Of a stretch of DNA of 64,000 bases, positions 33,701 to 48,033 are shown one piece after another (within the stretch, counting starts at the first letter, position 1; every line of letters starts with the position of its first letter). The stretch is from NCBI GenBank assembly GCA_044892505.1, contig CM097882.1, positions 126,046,001 through 126,110,000 on the forward strand, given 5' to 3'. The DNA comes from Schmidtea nova (lineage: Eukaryota). The notes below the pieces were generated by a model. The model searched no databases. It was not told the origin of the DNA and saw only the letters and a list, made by a program, of their open reading frames with translations. Made by a program: the position numbers and the translations under genes.

Positions 33701-35790
33701 ATAAAATTTCTAATTTCTAATTTTCCCACAAAAATCTGGATATATTTAACATAATTTTATAAAATTTACCAAATGATGGAAGTTTTAGATTCAGAATTTT
33801 TACACAATTATAATTTAAATTCAATTTTTGCAACATAGTGTTTTGAATAATAGTTTTTGAAAATTTTAGCTTCGATCGTTTGTGAATTTTCCAAGCAAAG
33901 TGTACACAAATTTTTCGAGACACTTCACTTGAAAACTTTAGATATCCGAAATTATAGTTGAAATTAAATAATTTTTATGAATAACATTTTGATTAAAATG
34001 AGGTTCAACTAGATGAAATCAATCTTTGAGCTGAACCTTTGAATATTTTCATAAATTCGATTTTCAAATGACTTTATAATTTATTTCGTGATGAGATGGT
34101 AAAGATGTAAATGTCAGTGAATGCGAGTTACAAATTGGATGTATTTTTGTCGACGATTTTTATTATAATGAAGGTATGTAGATCGGTTTCAATTGATAAT
34201 TGAACATCACATTTCGTTGAATTAATAGTTTTCATGTCCGAATAGTAAATAAAATATGTGTTGTGAGATATAATCTAGATAAAAATACACTATTATAAAT
34301 CAATTATCATTAGTATAACAACCTTGCCCTTGGCCTAGCCACTGTTCCCCAACATCAGTATGTGGGATGACGTGATCATGTATGTGTGGGCTTCACCTAT
34401 AGTAGAAATATCGCCTGGCCTCTTGACTGTCCTCAACTAAACAGCGATCCACCTAGGATACTTCCACCACTACAGCTTAAGGCCGGATTGACTTAAGAAT
34501 GTATAAAGAAAAAATTATTTAGATATAATAATCATGTAATCAATAGTTCGGTAAAATATTAGGTGGCATGTTTTCATGTAACAGGGTTTAATAATAAAAA
34601 ATGAAAAAAAATATTTTTACAATGATAAATAAGTTAACCTAAAATAAAATCAATAATTAAAAATGGTATAAATTGAAATATCTATACTTTTATGTAAATC
34701 GAAATAAGATGAGGTACATATGAATTATAACATACAAAATAAAGTAAAATGCAACTAAATGAAAAATAAAACAAAATAACCAGCTTGGTGCTAGTGGAAC
34801 ATTATCAGTAACCATGCGTTAAAATCACTAAATTTACCTCAAATGTTCGGAGATTCTCGTTTTTAAAACGGAAATGGCTCTCGTTGGATTCCCTCGACAA
34901 GAAACTGGAGTGTCAATGAGTTGGTTTGGACTCGTGTAAAATTGGTCCGTTTGTTTGGAATTGAGAATGCGGGTTAAACTGATTTCGTTTTTGTTGTTTT
35001 AGGCTGTTATCTCAAAATCTCTGTCTTCGAGTCCGGTTTCAGATACTTCAAGATCGATTTTGGTTTTCGAATTTCAGTGGTAAATCTTCTGATACGTAGG
35101 ATTGACTTTTGAAAATCTTTCAGGGCTCCGCCTAATAGGTTTGCACCAGTTGGTAGTTAAAAATTTCTTTTAAAATGTTCTTAGCAAAAATTTTTGAGAA
35201 ATTTTTTAGCAAAATTCTGGCGACTTCGATTTTGATTGCGGTATATATAGGGTGTTCTGTGTGTTGTTTTCATTGATGCATTAAAACAAATTGTTCTAGA
35301 AGGAATTTTCAATTTTTTCAAAAATTAATTTTAACAATTTTAAGCAAGATTAAATTATTATTTTTGCATAAAATTTTAATAAAATTTTAAATAATATATT
35401 TTAATCCAAAATTTTACTTCTGAATTAAAGTTTTTTTTCTAATTTAGTTTAATTTGCTAAATTTTTAACTAAAACAATTTTCTTTCATACTTAATGAGTT
35501 TTTAAGATAAAAATCCAAATTTTGCTTCTAGAAATATGTTAATTTTTCCTAGTTTGTAATTGTATTACATAATTGATGTTTTTATGTTATAAATGTGTTT
35601 TTCACGTGTATATTTGGTGCGTTTTTGTTCATTTAAAATTTTTAAACGTGTTTTTTATTTATTTCAGTGTTTTGTAATTATTGTGTTTTACTTGGTGTTT
35701 TAGCTGATAGAATTTTAAATTTACTTTTTGCGCTCTCTCTACGTGCTGTGTTACCGCTTCATTCAAACAATTCTCAGTTTTTGCCCAACA
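30781..35790 (-). mobile_element. LTR-like unit V (~5.0 kb, possibly composite), inserted in X
   Basis: TGGTGGG...GCCCAACA; TSD ATTT (30777-30780 and 35791-35794). The left boundary coincides with the end of homology to W. Confidence 0.65.
31271..31780 (-). CDS. Hypothetical 169-aa helical/basic protein inside LTR unit V
   Basis: Intact ORF with GC content above its flanks; TTTTAG 4 nt before the ATG; same position relative to the U5 motif as the LTR1/2 ORF but no visible sequence similarity. Confidence 0.65.
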   Translation of the reverse strand: MEQKINKLLRRATETARYNWRVDVRLAYLEAEKQVNAETLNIMTIRMEKFWSRCRAMDSTWTSKENVNKLKIQNQILQQQADEDAVQLRGCRMMVRKNDTVIAKLQILPKMTLPALKLFLVRAEEKPPVIPKTRKAEKLEAHQRSQGTAKTKTKSPCTRADSQDIYGIH

Positions 35791-37349
35791 ATTTTTCCAT
35801 GCAATTTTCCAGTTTAATTTTCTTATGTGTTATTGTGTGATTTTAATTTTATTTGAACTATTAAGACAACGATTGAACCCAACTTCCACCAGCCCAACAC
35901 CTTGATCGTGCTTTTCGTATTAACTATACAAGTAATGATCTTCCCATTCAATTCTCGTGCGGTACTTCGCGTGTAAATCCGACCTGCACTAAAAGTGTGT
36001 GATCTCTTTTGATATCCTTTTTCTATCGTTTCACCCTATTTCAACCGACTTATGGAATGCGATTCGTATAACTACAATTTGTAATTCAATGTTCTAAAAT
36101 CTATTATGTCCTTTTACTACCTAATGCTTTATCGTGAGTTTTTAAACTTGTTCCATTTTGTATATATTTAACTTTTGATAAATTTAAACAAGATTTATTT
36201 TTTGATTTCATAGGCCCAACAAAGTTAACATCTGTTTTTTCTATGTTTCATATTTGTGTGTGCTTATTTATTTTCTACGACATAATTAATGAGTTTATTT
36301 AGTAAAACAACAATGGATAAGGTGCAGGTAGGTGTCCATTTTTCTATAGGAAATCTTATTGATTATTATAGATGAGCCTACTGAGTGAAACACGGTGGAT
36401 TGACGATTCTCAAAGCAAGATATACTGTAATTTTTACACGGTTTCAAGTGCAACAGTACTTTACATAAAAATACACCTTTCTACACCAGGTAATGTAATT
36501 TTATAAGATTAAACCATTTTATTTAACTACAAAATTTAAATATCTATAGAAAGTGTGATTATTTTTCTGTTTTATAGAAAAACATTATAATAAGTACAGT
36601 TAGTGAAGGTGAAAGAAAATGATATCGCATAACAACTAATATTACAATTAATAAAATAAATAATAGATAAAACAAAAACTTTCTTGCAATTAATTTAAAA
36701 AAACAAGTCAAAAAAATTGATTAAGAAAAATTTTATTTTACTGATATAGGATTGAAACTGAAATAACAGACTACTTCCAATAAATCGTACAATATACTTT
36801 ATCTTAAAATTCAAATTATTTAAAATTAAAGTAATTTTACCTTTAAATAATTAAACTTGAAAGATTTAAAATTATATAATATTTATTAAAAAACAAAGAC
36901 AGTAAAGTTTTGAAAAATTAAAGTACAATTAAAATAAGAAAAACATTTTTTAAGCATGTGCCAGAACATAAAATATGACTAAATATCTAATTGGTCCTGT
37001 TAAATATGTCAAAATTCCGATTCGTTGTTTTTTTCTCTCTGTCTATTTTCAGACAACACGTGACAATTTTAATAATTTTATTCGTAACTCGTGATAGGAT
37101 ATATTGCTTAAGCAGATAAATTAAGTATTGATTTAAATCAAGTAAGTATTTTTACTCAAAATTTATAAATATTTATTGCCAAAAGTAATATTTATTAATA
37201 AAAGTTTCTTAAAAATGTTTATGAATGTTTGAAAAATTTGAAATAGCATTACTGTACTGCTAATTTTAACCTGAAGTTAAATATATTTATAAGGCCTAAC
37301 TATTTATTTATACTAATAGTAAATAATCGTAATTTGCAACATATTTTAG

Positions 37350-37586
37350 ACAAATGATAACCAACGATTGCGATATTTTAAATGTCGAAATGGGAAGTAT
37401 ACCGAAAGAAATCAACGGATCTCAGCGACAATATATAACAGCGAGAAGAAGAAGTTTATCAGGAAGTGCAGTTGCAGTGAAAGCAGCTAGTCATAAATTT
37501 CATTTTGCTTTTAAAAATGAAAAACACAAATATAAAGTAAATGGACAGTCAAGTAACATGAAATTGAAAAACAGTACTTTTGACAG
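37350..37586 (+). CDS. Possible host-gene exon (phase 2-2)
   Basis: TTTTAG|...open frame (ARRRSLSGSAV)...AG|GTAAGA; product unidentified. Confidence 0.4.
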
Positions 37587-38694
37587 GTAAGATTTAATAG
37601 AAACATTCAATAATTAATTTAAATGTCGTCAAGCAAATATTTTACTCTAGATATTTTGTGTAAATTTTAGATAAATATCATTTTTAAAAATATATTTAAA
37701 TTGTATTTATCTAAAGTCCCAAGTATATATTTTTGTTTTATTCTCATTTTTATTACAAAAAAATTGGAAATAATGTATTTTTCACTTCTTCTAAAAGGTG
37801 TTTTTTCGACCTTAATTTTAAAATTAAAAAACAATATTTATAAATTTTAAGTTCGAAATAAAATTAAATAATAGATATCTATATTTTTTAATAGATTTAT
37901 AAAATTTTTAAAATCGTCATAATCATAATTATCTTTCCATATTCATTCGATAAGATGTTCTTCGAGTGATAAAACACTTAAGTCCATCATTTTTTAAAAT
38001 TTATTCCAGAATCAATATCTTATGTGTGGACACAAGTGACGGATTCACAAAATTAAAACCATGATTTATTGACTGTAAAGCCTATATTAGATAATTTATA
38101 TAGACATGCCATTCATCACTCTATTATAGTGCTTTTTCTATTTATCTTACCAATAATGTTATAATGTTACATAATATTTAGCATGATTGCAGGAAATGCC
38201 AGTTATACCGAATCTCTATCGTTCCTTTTGTAGGTAATTGACTACATGATATTTTTTTGTATTTTATTCATCGATATGACAAATGACAGCATCGCCTCCC
38301 AATCGGATAAAATTGTTTTCAAAAAATATTTTACAATGATAACACAATTCAAGTTGTAATTTAAGAATCGCGCTTTTATTGGTATTATAATCGATTGCTA
38401 TTGTTTCTAAAATTTCATTATAAAACCACTTATAGGCTATGATTAAAATTTTGCTTAATTCTATATTAAAATCATCGAATATAATATGCTTTAATATCGA
38501 TTTATAAGATTTGAATTATTAAATCGAACTTTATAACATCTAAAAGCATAATTATCCCTGTTTCTAGAATATTTAACCGGTATTGGTGGATATGTGTAAA
38601 ATATCAGAAAAATAAAAATAAGCAATATTTATTAAACAAAACACGTGTGGAGATCTGGATAAGCGACATATATATTTTTTATACCATAACATAG

Positions 38695-38780
38695 AGAATT
38701 AAATTCTACTCATCAGTTATCACACACAAAATGTAACCGGAATGGTTCAACGTATCGAAAAAAGCATATGACAATTTATA
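38695..38780 (+). CDS. Possible host-gene exon (phase 2-1)
   Basis: CATAG|A GAA TTA...open frame ELNSTHQLSHTKCNRNGSTYRKKHMTIY...|GTAAGT; phase-compatible with 37350-37586. Confidence 0.3.
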
Positions 38781-39304
38781 GTAAGTAGAAGTGTTAGATG
38801 GGGTAAGTAACCTCCCGCACTTGTGTTAATGGATGAATTTATCTGTGACAATTCGATATGCATATCAGGGAATAATTTTTATCAAAAAATCTAATTACAA
38901 CAAACTTAATATATTTTATATTATATTAAAATAGAAATACATTTATTAAATTAAAACTATAAATTTCATTTAAACAAAATATTTAATTTATTTAAACAAA
39001 AATTCATATTTTTTTAAAGATGATGTGATAATGTATGCTACGTAAAACCCGAGAGTTTTAATTTAATATTGAATGATATAGAAAATTCGATGGTTATGTA
39101 AGTATTGTGTGTTATGTGAAACCCGGGATTATGTAATACACATAATGGGGCTAGTGGCAGGGCCAGTTCTGGCGGGGGCGAATATTTCTAGAGGTGGCCG
39201 ATTCAACAAAATTTCTATTTCCAATAACAATTTAGCCTGGCTCGGAATACTGTCTGAATTTGTAAAGCAAACGAGCCATTAAGTGTTTTCTAAATGTATG
39301 CTGA

Positions 39305-39387
<83 letters not shown>

Positions 39388-42300
39388 CAAAGAGAAGCCG
39401 ATATTAGATAAGAGTGATAGAGATAATTTTTACGGTAAAATTTTCATCTACTTTTTATGACGGTTAAGTCCCACATAACATGAATATTTTTGTATTTTTC
39501 CAAAAAAATATTTCAACGAAATAAGTGGGTGGCTAAAAATTGGCTAGTACACGGGCTGTGAGGTACAGAGGACCAACCCTGGATAATGGTTCAGATTTGA
39601 CATTTCCCACTAAGTGTAAAATATCAGTTTCAAAATTAAAATTCATATTATTTAGGGTAAGACAAGATTAATTTTTACTATATAAATACATTTTATATAT
39701 GATTACATTAATAATAAATTACTATTTTTACCCAAGGAAGAAAAAAACACAAGTTCAAAAAAATTAAGCAAATGATATTTTGGCAAACTTAGTCACAGAG
39801 GACTAAGAACATTCTGCCATCATATGACAACAGCAACGGGGCTAAGTGCATAAGATTGATAAATAATACGATTTTTTTTATTAGAAATCACAAACTTATT
39901 TTTATTTTACACTAAAATTCATTAAATATAGTGAAAATTTATTTATTATAATAAAATATTTTGAATATTTAATCTCAAAAATTAAATAGTAAAGATCCAT
40001 TTTTTGCAATTTCTTGATTGGAATAATTCGTCGGCGAGACTAAATAAACTTTTAATTTTGTTGAATCATATAATAGCAGTGAGACTTTATTAAAATTTGA
40101 TATTAATTTCTTTTTATTTTCACCTTTCATCTGTGATTTATGATTTCGTTTATTTTCATTCTTTCATACTGGAACAAAGTCAAAATAATTTAACATAAAT
40201 TTTTGACATTAACTTTTTTTAACTGTTAAATTAAAGAGTTTGATCTGTGGTTTGAAATAAATTGAAAAATAAAGAAAGACTAATGTTAAAATTATTAATA
40301 AATAATACTTTTGAAAAAATGACTTTGCTATATTTTAAAATTTGTACTAGAATAAAAAAAATAAATAAAAAATAAGAATAAAAAAATTATTACATCATAG
40401 AAAATGTAATACATACTATTTTACACATAAAAAATTAGTAAAAAATTCAAAACCAATGATAAATATTTATTTATATACTAAAATCCATCACAAACTAAAA
40501 AAGACGAAGAACGACAATTACTGTAACTAAGTCTGAATATTATATATCGCATAGGTACTCCATATATCATCCAGGCTAGATCAAATACATTTCAGAAATG
40601 TATATGGTTATTTTTATGTTTATTTTTTCCAATATTAATTGTGTGATGTTTGTATAGGTCATGAAGTTTATTGTTATTTGCTGAAAAATTGACACTATTA
40701 ATGTCAAACCTTTGAATATTGTGAAATTTGTGGTAAGAGTCTGACACGTTAAAAATCTAAATAAATCAATTATTTATCAAAAACCTAAAATAAAGAAATA
40801 TTAAGTTTATAATATCCACCATAGAGTGCAGATATAAGAAAAATAAGAAAATTTTAGAAAAACCATTTGGAGCTAATAAACAACCAAAAACAAAAATATT
40901 TGTCCTATTAGTGTATCATGATAAAGTAAATATTAAACGTTTTATATGTGAATTCATTGTAAAACTTTGTTCATAAATTTATGCAGCCATTAAGAAAGGG
41001 ATTAATAAATCTTTATCGGATTAAACGGTTTAATTTATTTTATTGGAATCCAAAGAGAATTGGCTAGTTTGCGATATTTAATAGTTAACTTTGTATTATT
41101 TTGTGTTCAATTTATTTTCGAAATAAATTTATTCCTATATAGTAAACGGTATCATTTACTATATTACGTTNNNNNNNNNNNNNNNNNNNNNNNNNNNNNN
41201 NNNNNNNNNNNNNNNNNNNNNNNNNNNNNNNNNNNNNNNNNNNNNNNNNNNNNNNNNNNNNNNNNNNNNNNNNNNNNNNNNNNNNNNNNNNNNNNNNNNN
41301 NNNNNNNNNNTACTTTGAGTTTTGTAATTTTGATAGTTTTACATTTTTAAATTAAATATATTATATATAAAACAGAAGAACATATCGATATTTTTATTTA
41401 GTCTGACGTTCGATCTTTACTAATCGGGTGGGTTGTGAAATGTTTTCACTCTTAAAAGTGTCTCCCAGTAGCCATTACTACAAAACAAAGTCTAATAGCT
41501 ATCATAGTAATCAATATTATAAGTTTTTCAAATTAATTTATAAAAGAAAAACTATCTGTCCATTATTTTTAAACAGTTTTAAAAATAAAGTTTTATTCAT
41601 TTTTAATTGTTAGTAAAATATTTTAGTTTTGATCTATAAGTATCATAAATATTTTAAAATTTTAATTTCAGGCTAGATCAGTATTTATAATTAATACGAA
41701 TTTGCGGTACAACTTTTTCTCAAGTGTTAAAAATGTGTTAAATTAAAAAAATATTGACCTCTAGTCTGAATCGAATACTTTATTGAATAAATAATTATCA
41801 AAGTAATATTTTTATTGATATTTACAAAAAAATACAAATTGAACTTATAAATTTATTTATCGCGAAATATTATTAAAATAATTTTTAAGGAAATTTACAT
41901 ATTTATACTCAGCAAAGATTTCAGTCATTTATTCAACAAAACATACTTTGTTTATTATTTTTTATTAATTTTTTAATTATTAAAATATTTTTAAAATTTA
42001 ATAACATAATTAGTTCCTTTTCACGGATAGATCATTATTAATAAATATAATTTGAATGGTTTAAATCTAATATTTAAACTAATATATTAAAAAAATATAT
42101 TCAAACATAAATTCAAATAAAAATTTTCAATTTTTTCAATTTTAATTATCTTAACTCTTTGGATGTTGTACTACTCAGTGTATTTAACTAGTGACGTAAC
42201 AACGGCTTGGCATTTGGGCAGTTGCCATGGGCACCGGCCCGCGCCAGTTCAAAAGAACGCCACAAGGGCGTCGAAAAATCTCTAATAAAATTTTAATTTA

Positions 42301-44841
42301 AATAGATTTTTCACTTTTATCCTCGATAAAAATAAAGTTAAATATTAATTATATTTCATTTAAACCAAAATTAAAAAGCTAGTTACGCCTCTGGTCATAA
42401 ATAAATAAGAGAAATTCAATTATTTATTTCTAAAAATTGAAAAGCTAAATTTGTAAATTTGTCAAGGGCGTCAAAAACCTCTATATTTAACAATGTTAAT
42501 CGTATTTAATATACAACTTTTTCCATACACAACTTTTATATACTTTATTTTCATATCAAAGTTCACTCTACATGACCAAACATCCGCCGCGAAATATTTG
42601 ATGCATATTTCAAAGCAACATGATTAGAATATAAAATATAAACTAAATAAATACAAAATTTTTTTATGTATTTTCAAATTAATAATATCTTAACCAATTA
42701 GAATTTCTAGAGTTAATTACAATAAAATATGATTATTTATATTTTACTAATTGACGAAAACTCACATGGTAACATTATTTTTAATATAGACCATATATAT
42801 TATTTATACGACTTAAAAATTTATTTAAATACAAGATTATTTGTCTTATTTTAATTGTAAAAATAGAAGAATATAAGTTACATAGATTATTTTTAATTTT
42901 AATTTTCCATCTAAATATCAGAGAAATACAGTTTTATACTAATAGCAATAACATATTGCTAATGGGNNNNNNNNNNNNNNNNNNNNNNNNNNNNNNNNNN
43001 NNNNNNNNNNNNNNNNNNNNNNNNNNNNNNNNNNNNNNNNNNNNNNNNNNNNNNNNNNNNNNNNNNNNNNNNNNNNNNNNNNNNNNNNNNNNNNNNNNNN
43101 NNNNNNNNNNNNNNNNNNNNNNNNNNNNNNNNNNNNNNNNNNNNNNNNNNNNNNNNNNNNNNNNATATTTGTAGCCAATGTCTAAAATTAATCAAAATAA
43201 AATTTTAAATAGATATATTTCTTATGTGTAGGCGAATTATTTATGTTTAATTTAAATAAAAAAATTTGTCAAATAAAATTTACATAACAACGAATTCTGA
43301 AGATCAACGCATTAATTTTATTCTTCTCTAAATTCCTAAAAGAAGATAACGTGACTTTTTAATTTGATTTCTAATGAACGTATTCTTAAATATTTATTGA
43401 CTAGTTAACCGAATGGGAAATGTAATTGTGACACTTAATTATATCTTGAATACGGTTGTATTTTTATCATTCCTACATTTATTTAAAAAAGAAAAGCTTC
43501 TACTGAAAAGTTTTCCAGAGGCCGTAGAATATCTTGTTTTTCTCTAAGACAAATTGTAATAGATTTAAAGTTTCCTCTGTAAGTATAAACTAAAACAAAA
43601 AATCGTGATTTTTCGTTTATTTTTTTTTCTATGAATTACAAAAAATAAATTGTCAACATTTTCAAATTTATTTGTTAATTTTTTTCATTATTTATAAATA
43701 TTTTCATCAAATTTAAAAATGAGTATACATAGAGGCCGTAACATTCTTGCAAGAATTCAATACTTTCAGTTTGGAGCTGTATTAAAAAATCATGAAAGTC
43801 AACTCAACTTTGGTTTGTGTATTATCTAGACACTGATGCCTCCACTCGAGCGAAATAACCGGCATCGAGGAACAAAGTCGTATAAAGCCGATTTTTTTAT
43901 AGAATAGAACTCTGAGACGAAAATTATTTCGAGTCATTTTTGAACTGAATTTAAATTTTCTGGTTTACAGAATCTAAATGTTTTTTCTGTAAATTAAAAA
44001 AATTTTTTTTTTCAAATACCTCCAATATAACATTAACGTATCAATATGATAATATATAATATATAAAAGATATTAAATATACAATAATATAATATAATAA
44101 ATATAATATGATAATTATATTTAAGATCTCGAATAATTAATATTTGTCTGATTCAGCAGTGATTTAGAATTTTTGTTTCATTTTTTTCGCATCATGTGAA
44201 ACCAAACTGATGTTCATTTTATGTTATTCTGAACATAATGTCAATTAAGGCCATTTGTAGCATGATATTACATTTCTAATTTACATTCTGACAATATTAC
44301 TCATTCTTTAAAAGTTCATCTTTATTATATTAGTGAAAGACAAGTCCATGTAAAATTCATGATTGTATTTGTGAAAAAAATCACGATTTCCTATTTTTAA
44401 TCAAGATACTGTATAAGAAATGGAACATAATTTTAATGGATTATAGGTGCCTAAATTATCATTTTCACATTAAATATTAATTCCATTGAAAAACATATTT
44501 CCTTTGTCATATTTTTGTCACATTGACATTAATTCTAAGTGTTTTTAATTTAATTATTATCATTTTTATTTTCATCATTGATATTTTATATTTTACACTT
44601 TAATTTTAGAATATTTTTTTCATTTTTTTAAAGTGAAATATTTATTTTATTTATTAAATATTTATTTAACTATTGCGTCTATCGATACATTTATTGAAGC
44701 TGATGAATTATTTTATCAAATGTATAGAAATTTCACATTTACTATGCGAATTAATTTAAATTCGTATATCTCTTTTAGCTGCTGAAATAATATAAGATAA
44801 GACAATAAAATAGCTAAACATTTTTATTTAAATTCCAATGT

Positions 44842-45641
44842 AATTGTTGATTGATTATTTCGCTTTTAAATTGTTGATTGAATATTTGCTTTTGAAATTG
44901 GTGATTGAATATTTCGCTTTTGAAATTGTTGATTGATTAATACGCTTTTGAAATTGTTGATTTAATATTTCGCTTTTGAAATTGTTGGTTGAATATTTCG
45001 CTTTTAAAATTGTTGATTGATTAATACGCTTTTGAAATTTTTGAATGATTATTTCGCTTTTGAATTGAGGAGTGATTATTTCGCTTTTGAAATTGTTGAT
45101 TGATTAATACGCTTTTGAAATTGTTGATTTAATATTTCGCTTTTGAAATTGTTGATTGAATATTTCGCTTTTGAAATTGTTGATTGAATATTTCGCTTTT
45201 GAAATTGTTGATTGATTAATACGCTTTTGAAATTGTTGATTTAATATTTCGCTTTTGAAATTGTTGATTGAATATTTCGCTTTTGAAATTGTTGATTGAT
45301 TAATACGCTTTTGAAATTGTTGATTTAATATTTCGCTTTTGAAATTGTTGATTGAATATTTCGCTTTTGAAATTGTTGATTGATTAATACGCTTTTGAAA
45401 TTGTTGATTTAATATTTCACTTTTGAAATTGTTGATTGAATATTTCGCTTTTGAAATTGTTGATTGATTAATACGCTTTTGAAATTGTTGATTGATTATT
45501 TCGCTTTTGAAATTGTTGATTGATTATTTTGCTTTTGAAATTGTTGATTGATTAATACGCTTTTGAAATTGTTGATTGATTATTTCGCTTTTGAAATTGT
45601 TGATTGATTATTTTGCTTTTGAAATTGTTGAGTGATTATTT
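44842..45641. repeat. 28-bp minisatellite, ~28 copies, with a partial 84-bp higher-order pattern
   Basis: Unit TTTCGCTTTTGAAATTGTTGATTGAATA with three variants recurring in order. Confidence 0.95.
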
Positions 45642-46915
45642 CTTCTTGCTTGTATTTTTTAAATCCTGAGAAAAAGACAGTCTTTTGGTGATTTAAACAA
45701 TTTAGTTTATTTTTGTATATAAATTAATATTTGATTTTAATATATAAATATAATGATATAATATTTAATTAAATTACTGTATATAAAAATATTGTACTAA
45801 TATATAAATAACGGAGGCACTACATCTCTCATAGAATAATGCTTACTTTATAAGTAACTAAGAATTAATAAAATTTCAATTGCAACAAATGTTAGATAAG
45901 AAATATAAATTAATTATTCATACAAACGTATAGCTTCTGGTAAAGAAAGGGTTTTTAATATCATTATATCATAATCAATTTCCTAAGTCATCTTAAAAAT
46001 ATTGTAAAAACTTATCAAAATAACATTGAAATAGGAAAGATAATATAAAGATCCATCATAATAATATAAGAGGTCATTTTAAATAATTTCATTTAACAAC
46101 AAATAGTGCATGACAGGCATTGTTTACTTTTTTACTTTTTCAGGCAGAATAATGCTGATGCTTGAAGGTTAAAATTAAATTTACATTTATATTACTGTTT
46201 TTAACGACAAAGCGAATTTTCATGGAATAAACAAGTTTTATTGTGTTTTCTTTTTGTACCAAATTTGTTGTTATCAATATTCGTAGTAAAGAATAAATTT
46301 TTACAAAAAATTTATATTTAAAAAATAATTTTCATTTAAAGACAATTTTCCATGTGATTCTAATTTGTTCTCAATTCAACTTTAATTGTTATTACTAATT
46401 GAATTATTACTTTGAAAATTACAAATAATCTAAAATAAATCCATTTCATAATTGTTTTCTTTTTTTGTAAACGATATTGTCAGAATGAAATATTAGCTTT
46501 TCCATTTAAATAACTTTTTTTCTTGCTAAAAATATTTAGATGTTCTTTAAATGAAAAAATTTTAATTGATTTTAGTTTAACAATTTCACTGGTTTGCAGT
46601 GAAAATAAATTTGAACATTATTTCGGATGAATAAGTGTTATATTGATTTTCATTGAAATTTTTGTGACACCAAATTTGCTGGTTTTTAGACATTTTCTTT
46701 TTATAAGTGTTAATAATTATTTATTTTTAATTAGTTTTAAAAACTGTTGAAAATAATTATTTCTAAATAAATTTATTGTCATTATTAAGAGTTAACATAG
46801 GTATAAAAAGAGCGCCTCGTGAATAATGAAGAAAAAAATTTTTCTAACCAAATGTATTCAGTCGCAAGAACATAATCTTTGAATGTTACATTTTAAGACT
46901 CGAGATTTCTTAGAC

Positions 46916-47257
46916 CAGTGTTGTCCAAACCTTTTTTCTTAGTGACGCACTTGTGAAAAAACGACTTTCACGATAATTTTCAAATTTCTTTCCGGTCAAC
47001 GGTAAAACATTTGTGCAATGTTTTATAATTTATATATATATATACACATTACCATATGATAAATTTTGAAATTTTTCTGACGGATTTTTATATTAAAATA
47101 ATTTTTGAATCTACTTTTTGAATAATAACCACTTCATGGAATTTAAAATTTTTAATATTTAAAATATCAATATTAAATATTAAGTTGCATAAATTATATA
47201 CATTTATTTTCGTGACACACTCAAAATCTTTCGCGTCAAATAGTTTGAACACTACTG
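46916..47257. mobile_element. hAT MITE
   Basis: CAGTGTTGTCCAAAC / GTTTGAACACTACTG ends; TSD TCTTAGAC / CCTTAGAC (7/8). Confidence 0.75.
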
Positions 47258-47966
47258 CCTTAGACTAATGTAGAAATAATAGATCAAGAAAGCCAATTTT
47301 TTATTTGAAATCAGACTAGAGTTCCGATATAAACAATATAATAAGAAAAAAAGTAAATATAAAAAAACATAAACATAAACAAAAACATAAACAATACCTA
47401 AATCATACTAAATCAGAGGTCTCCAAACTTTTTTGATTGTCGAACCCTTTAAGAATTTCTCAACTTTTTATCGAACCATACTTTACTTATACATAATTAC
47501 GATAAGACTAAAAGATAACTAAAAATTATATCTAATGAGATGCATTACAATAAAATTTTTATTAAGTTAGGGGATTAACTGACGTTGTCAATCTGGTGAA
47601 TGTGCGCGGTGGCTCTTGACAAGATGAACAATGTTTGGTTCAAGATTAGTGAGTTTTAGTCTTACTTTTTTTCCATCGACCTCTGCTTTTTCAGTGTTAT
47701 TTCAAACACTTTAAAGAACTCTTATATAAAGAAGGATAACTAAAATTTCAAAAAGAACTAAAGAATCTACATTTTTCAAGTTTTTAAATAATCTGAAATT
47801 AAAGACATTTTAAGAATTTATGATATAAAACTCATTAAATTCCAAAACTTACTACTGTGCACTGCACAGTGTGCAGGCATTATAAATCATAAGATGTGAC
47901 AGATTTTTATATTCATAAAATAAATTTTTTTATTACGAAATCATTTTTTTATTGCGAAAGTTAATA

Positions 47967-48033
<67 letters not shown>

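Larger units (their letters stand above)
30434..35899 (-). mobile_element. LTR-like unit X (~0.45 kb without nested V), inserted in Y
   Basis: TGCTGGG...CCCAACA; TSD CCTT (30430-30433 and 35900-35903). The rejoined flanks align continuously with X's own 30500-30780. Confidence 0.8.
29371..36221 (-). mobile_element. Solo LTR Y (~1.38 kb without nested inserts)
   Basis: TGTTGGG...CCCAACA; TSD AAGT (29367-29370 and 36222-36225); block A homolog at ~29440-29615; minus-strand TATAAATA 30098-30091 and donor GC|GTAAGT at 30007. Confidence 0.85.

Noticed and set aside
33131-34358. Further nested element suggested by TCAG|TGTGGA...CCCCAACA|TCAG
   Set aside because: Homology to W continues across the left boundary and the terminus is atypical, so it is probably chance.
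42189-42393. Small MITE with TAGTGACGTAAC / GTTACGCCTCTG ends
   Set aside because: Imperfect TIRs and no TSD; plausible but not supportable (similar cases at ~47414 and ~49230-49502).
41060-43195. ORFs containing X runs (also 27451-27849)
   Set aside because: Open only because they span N gaps.
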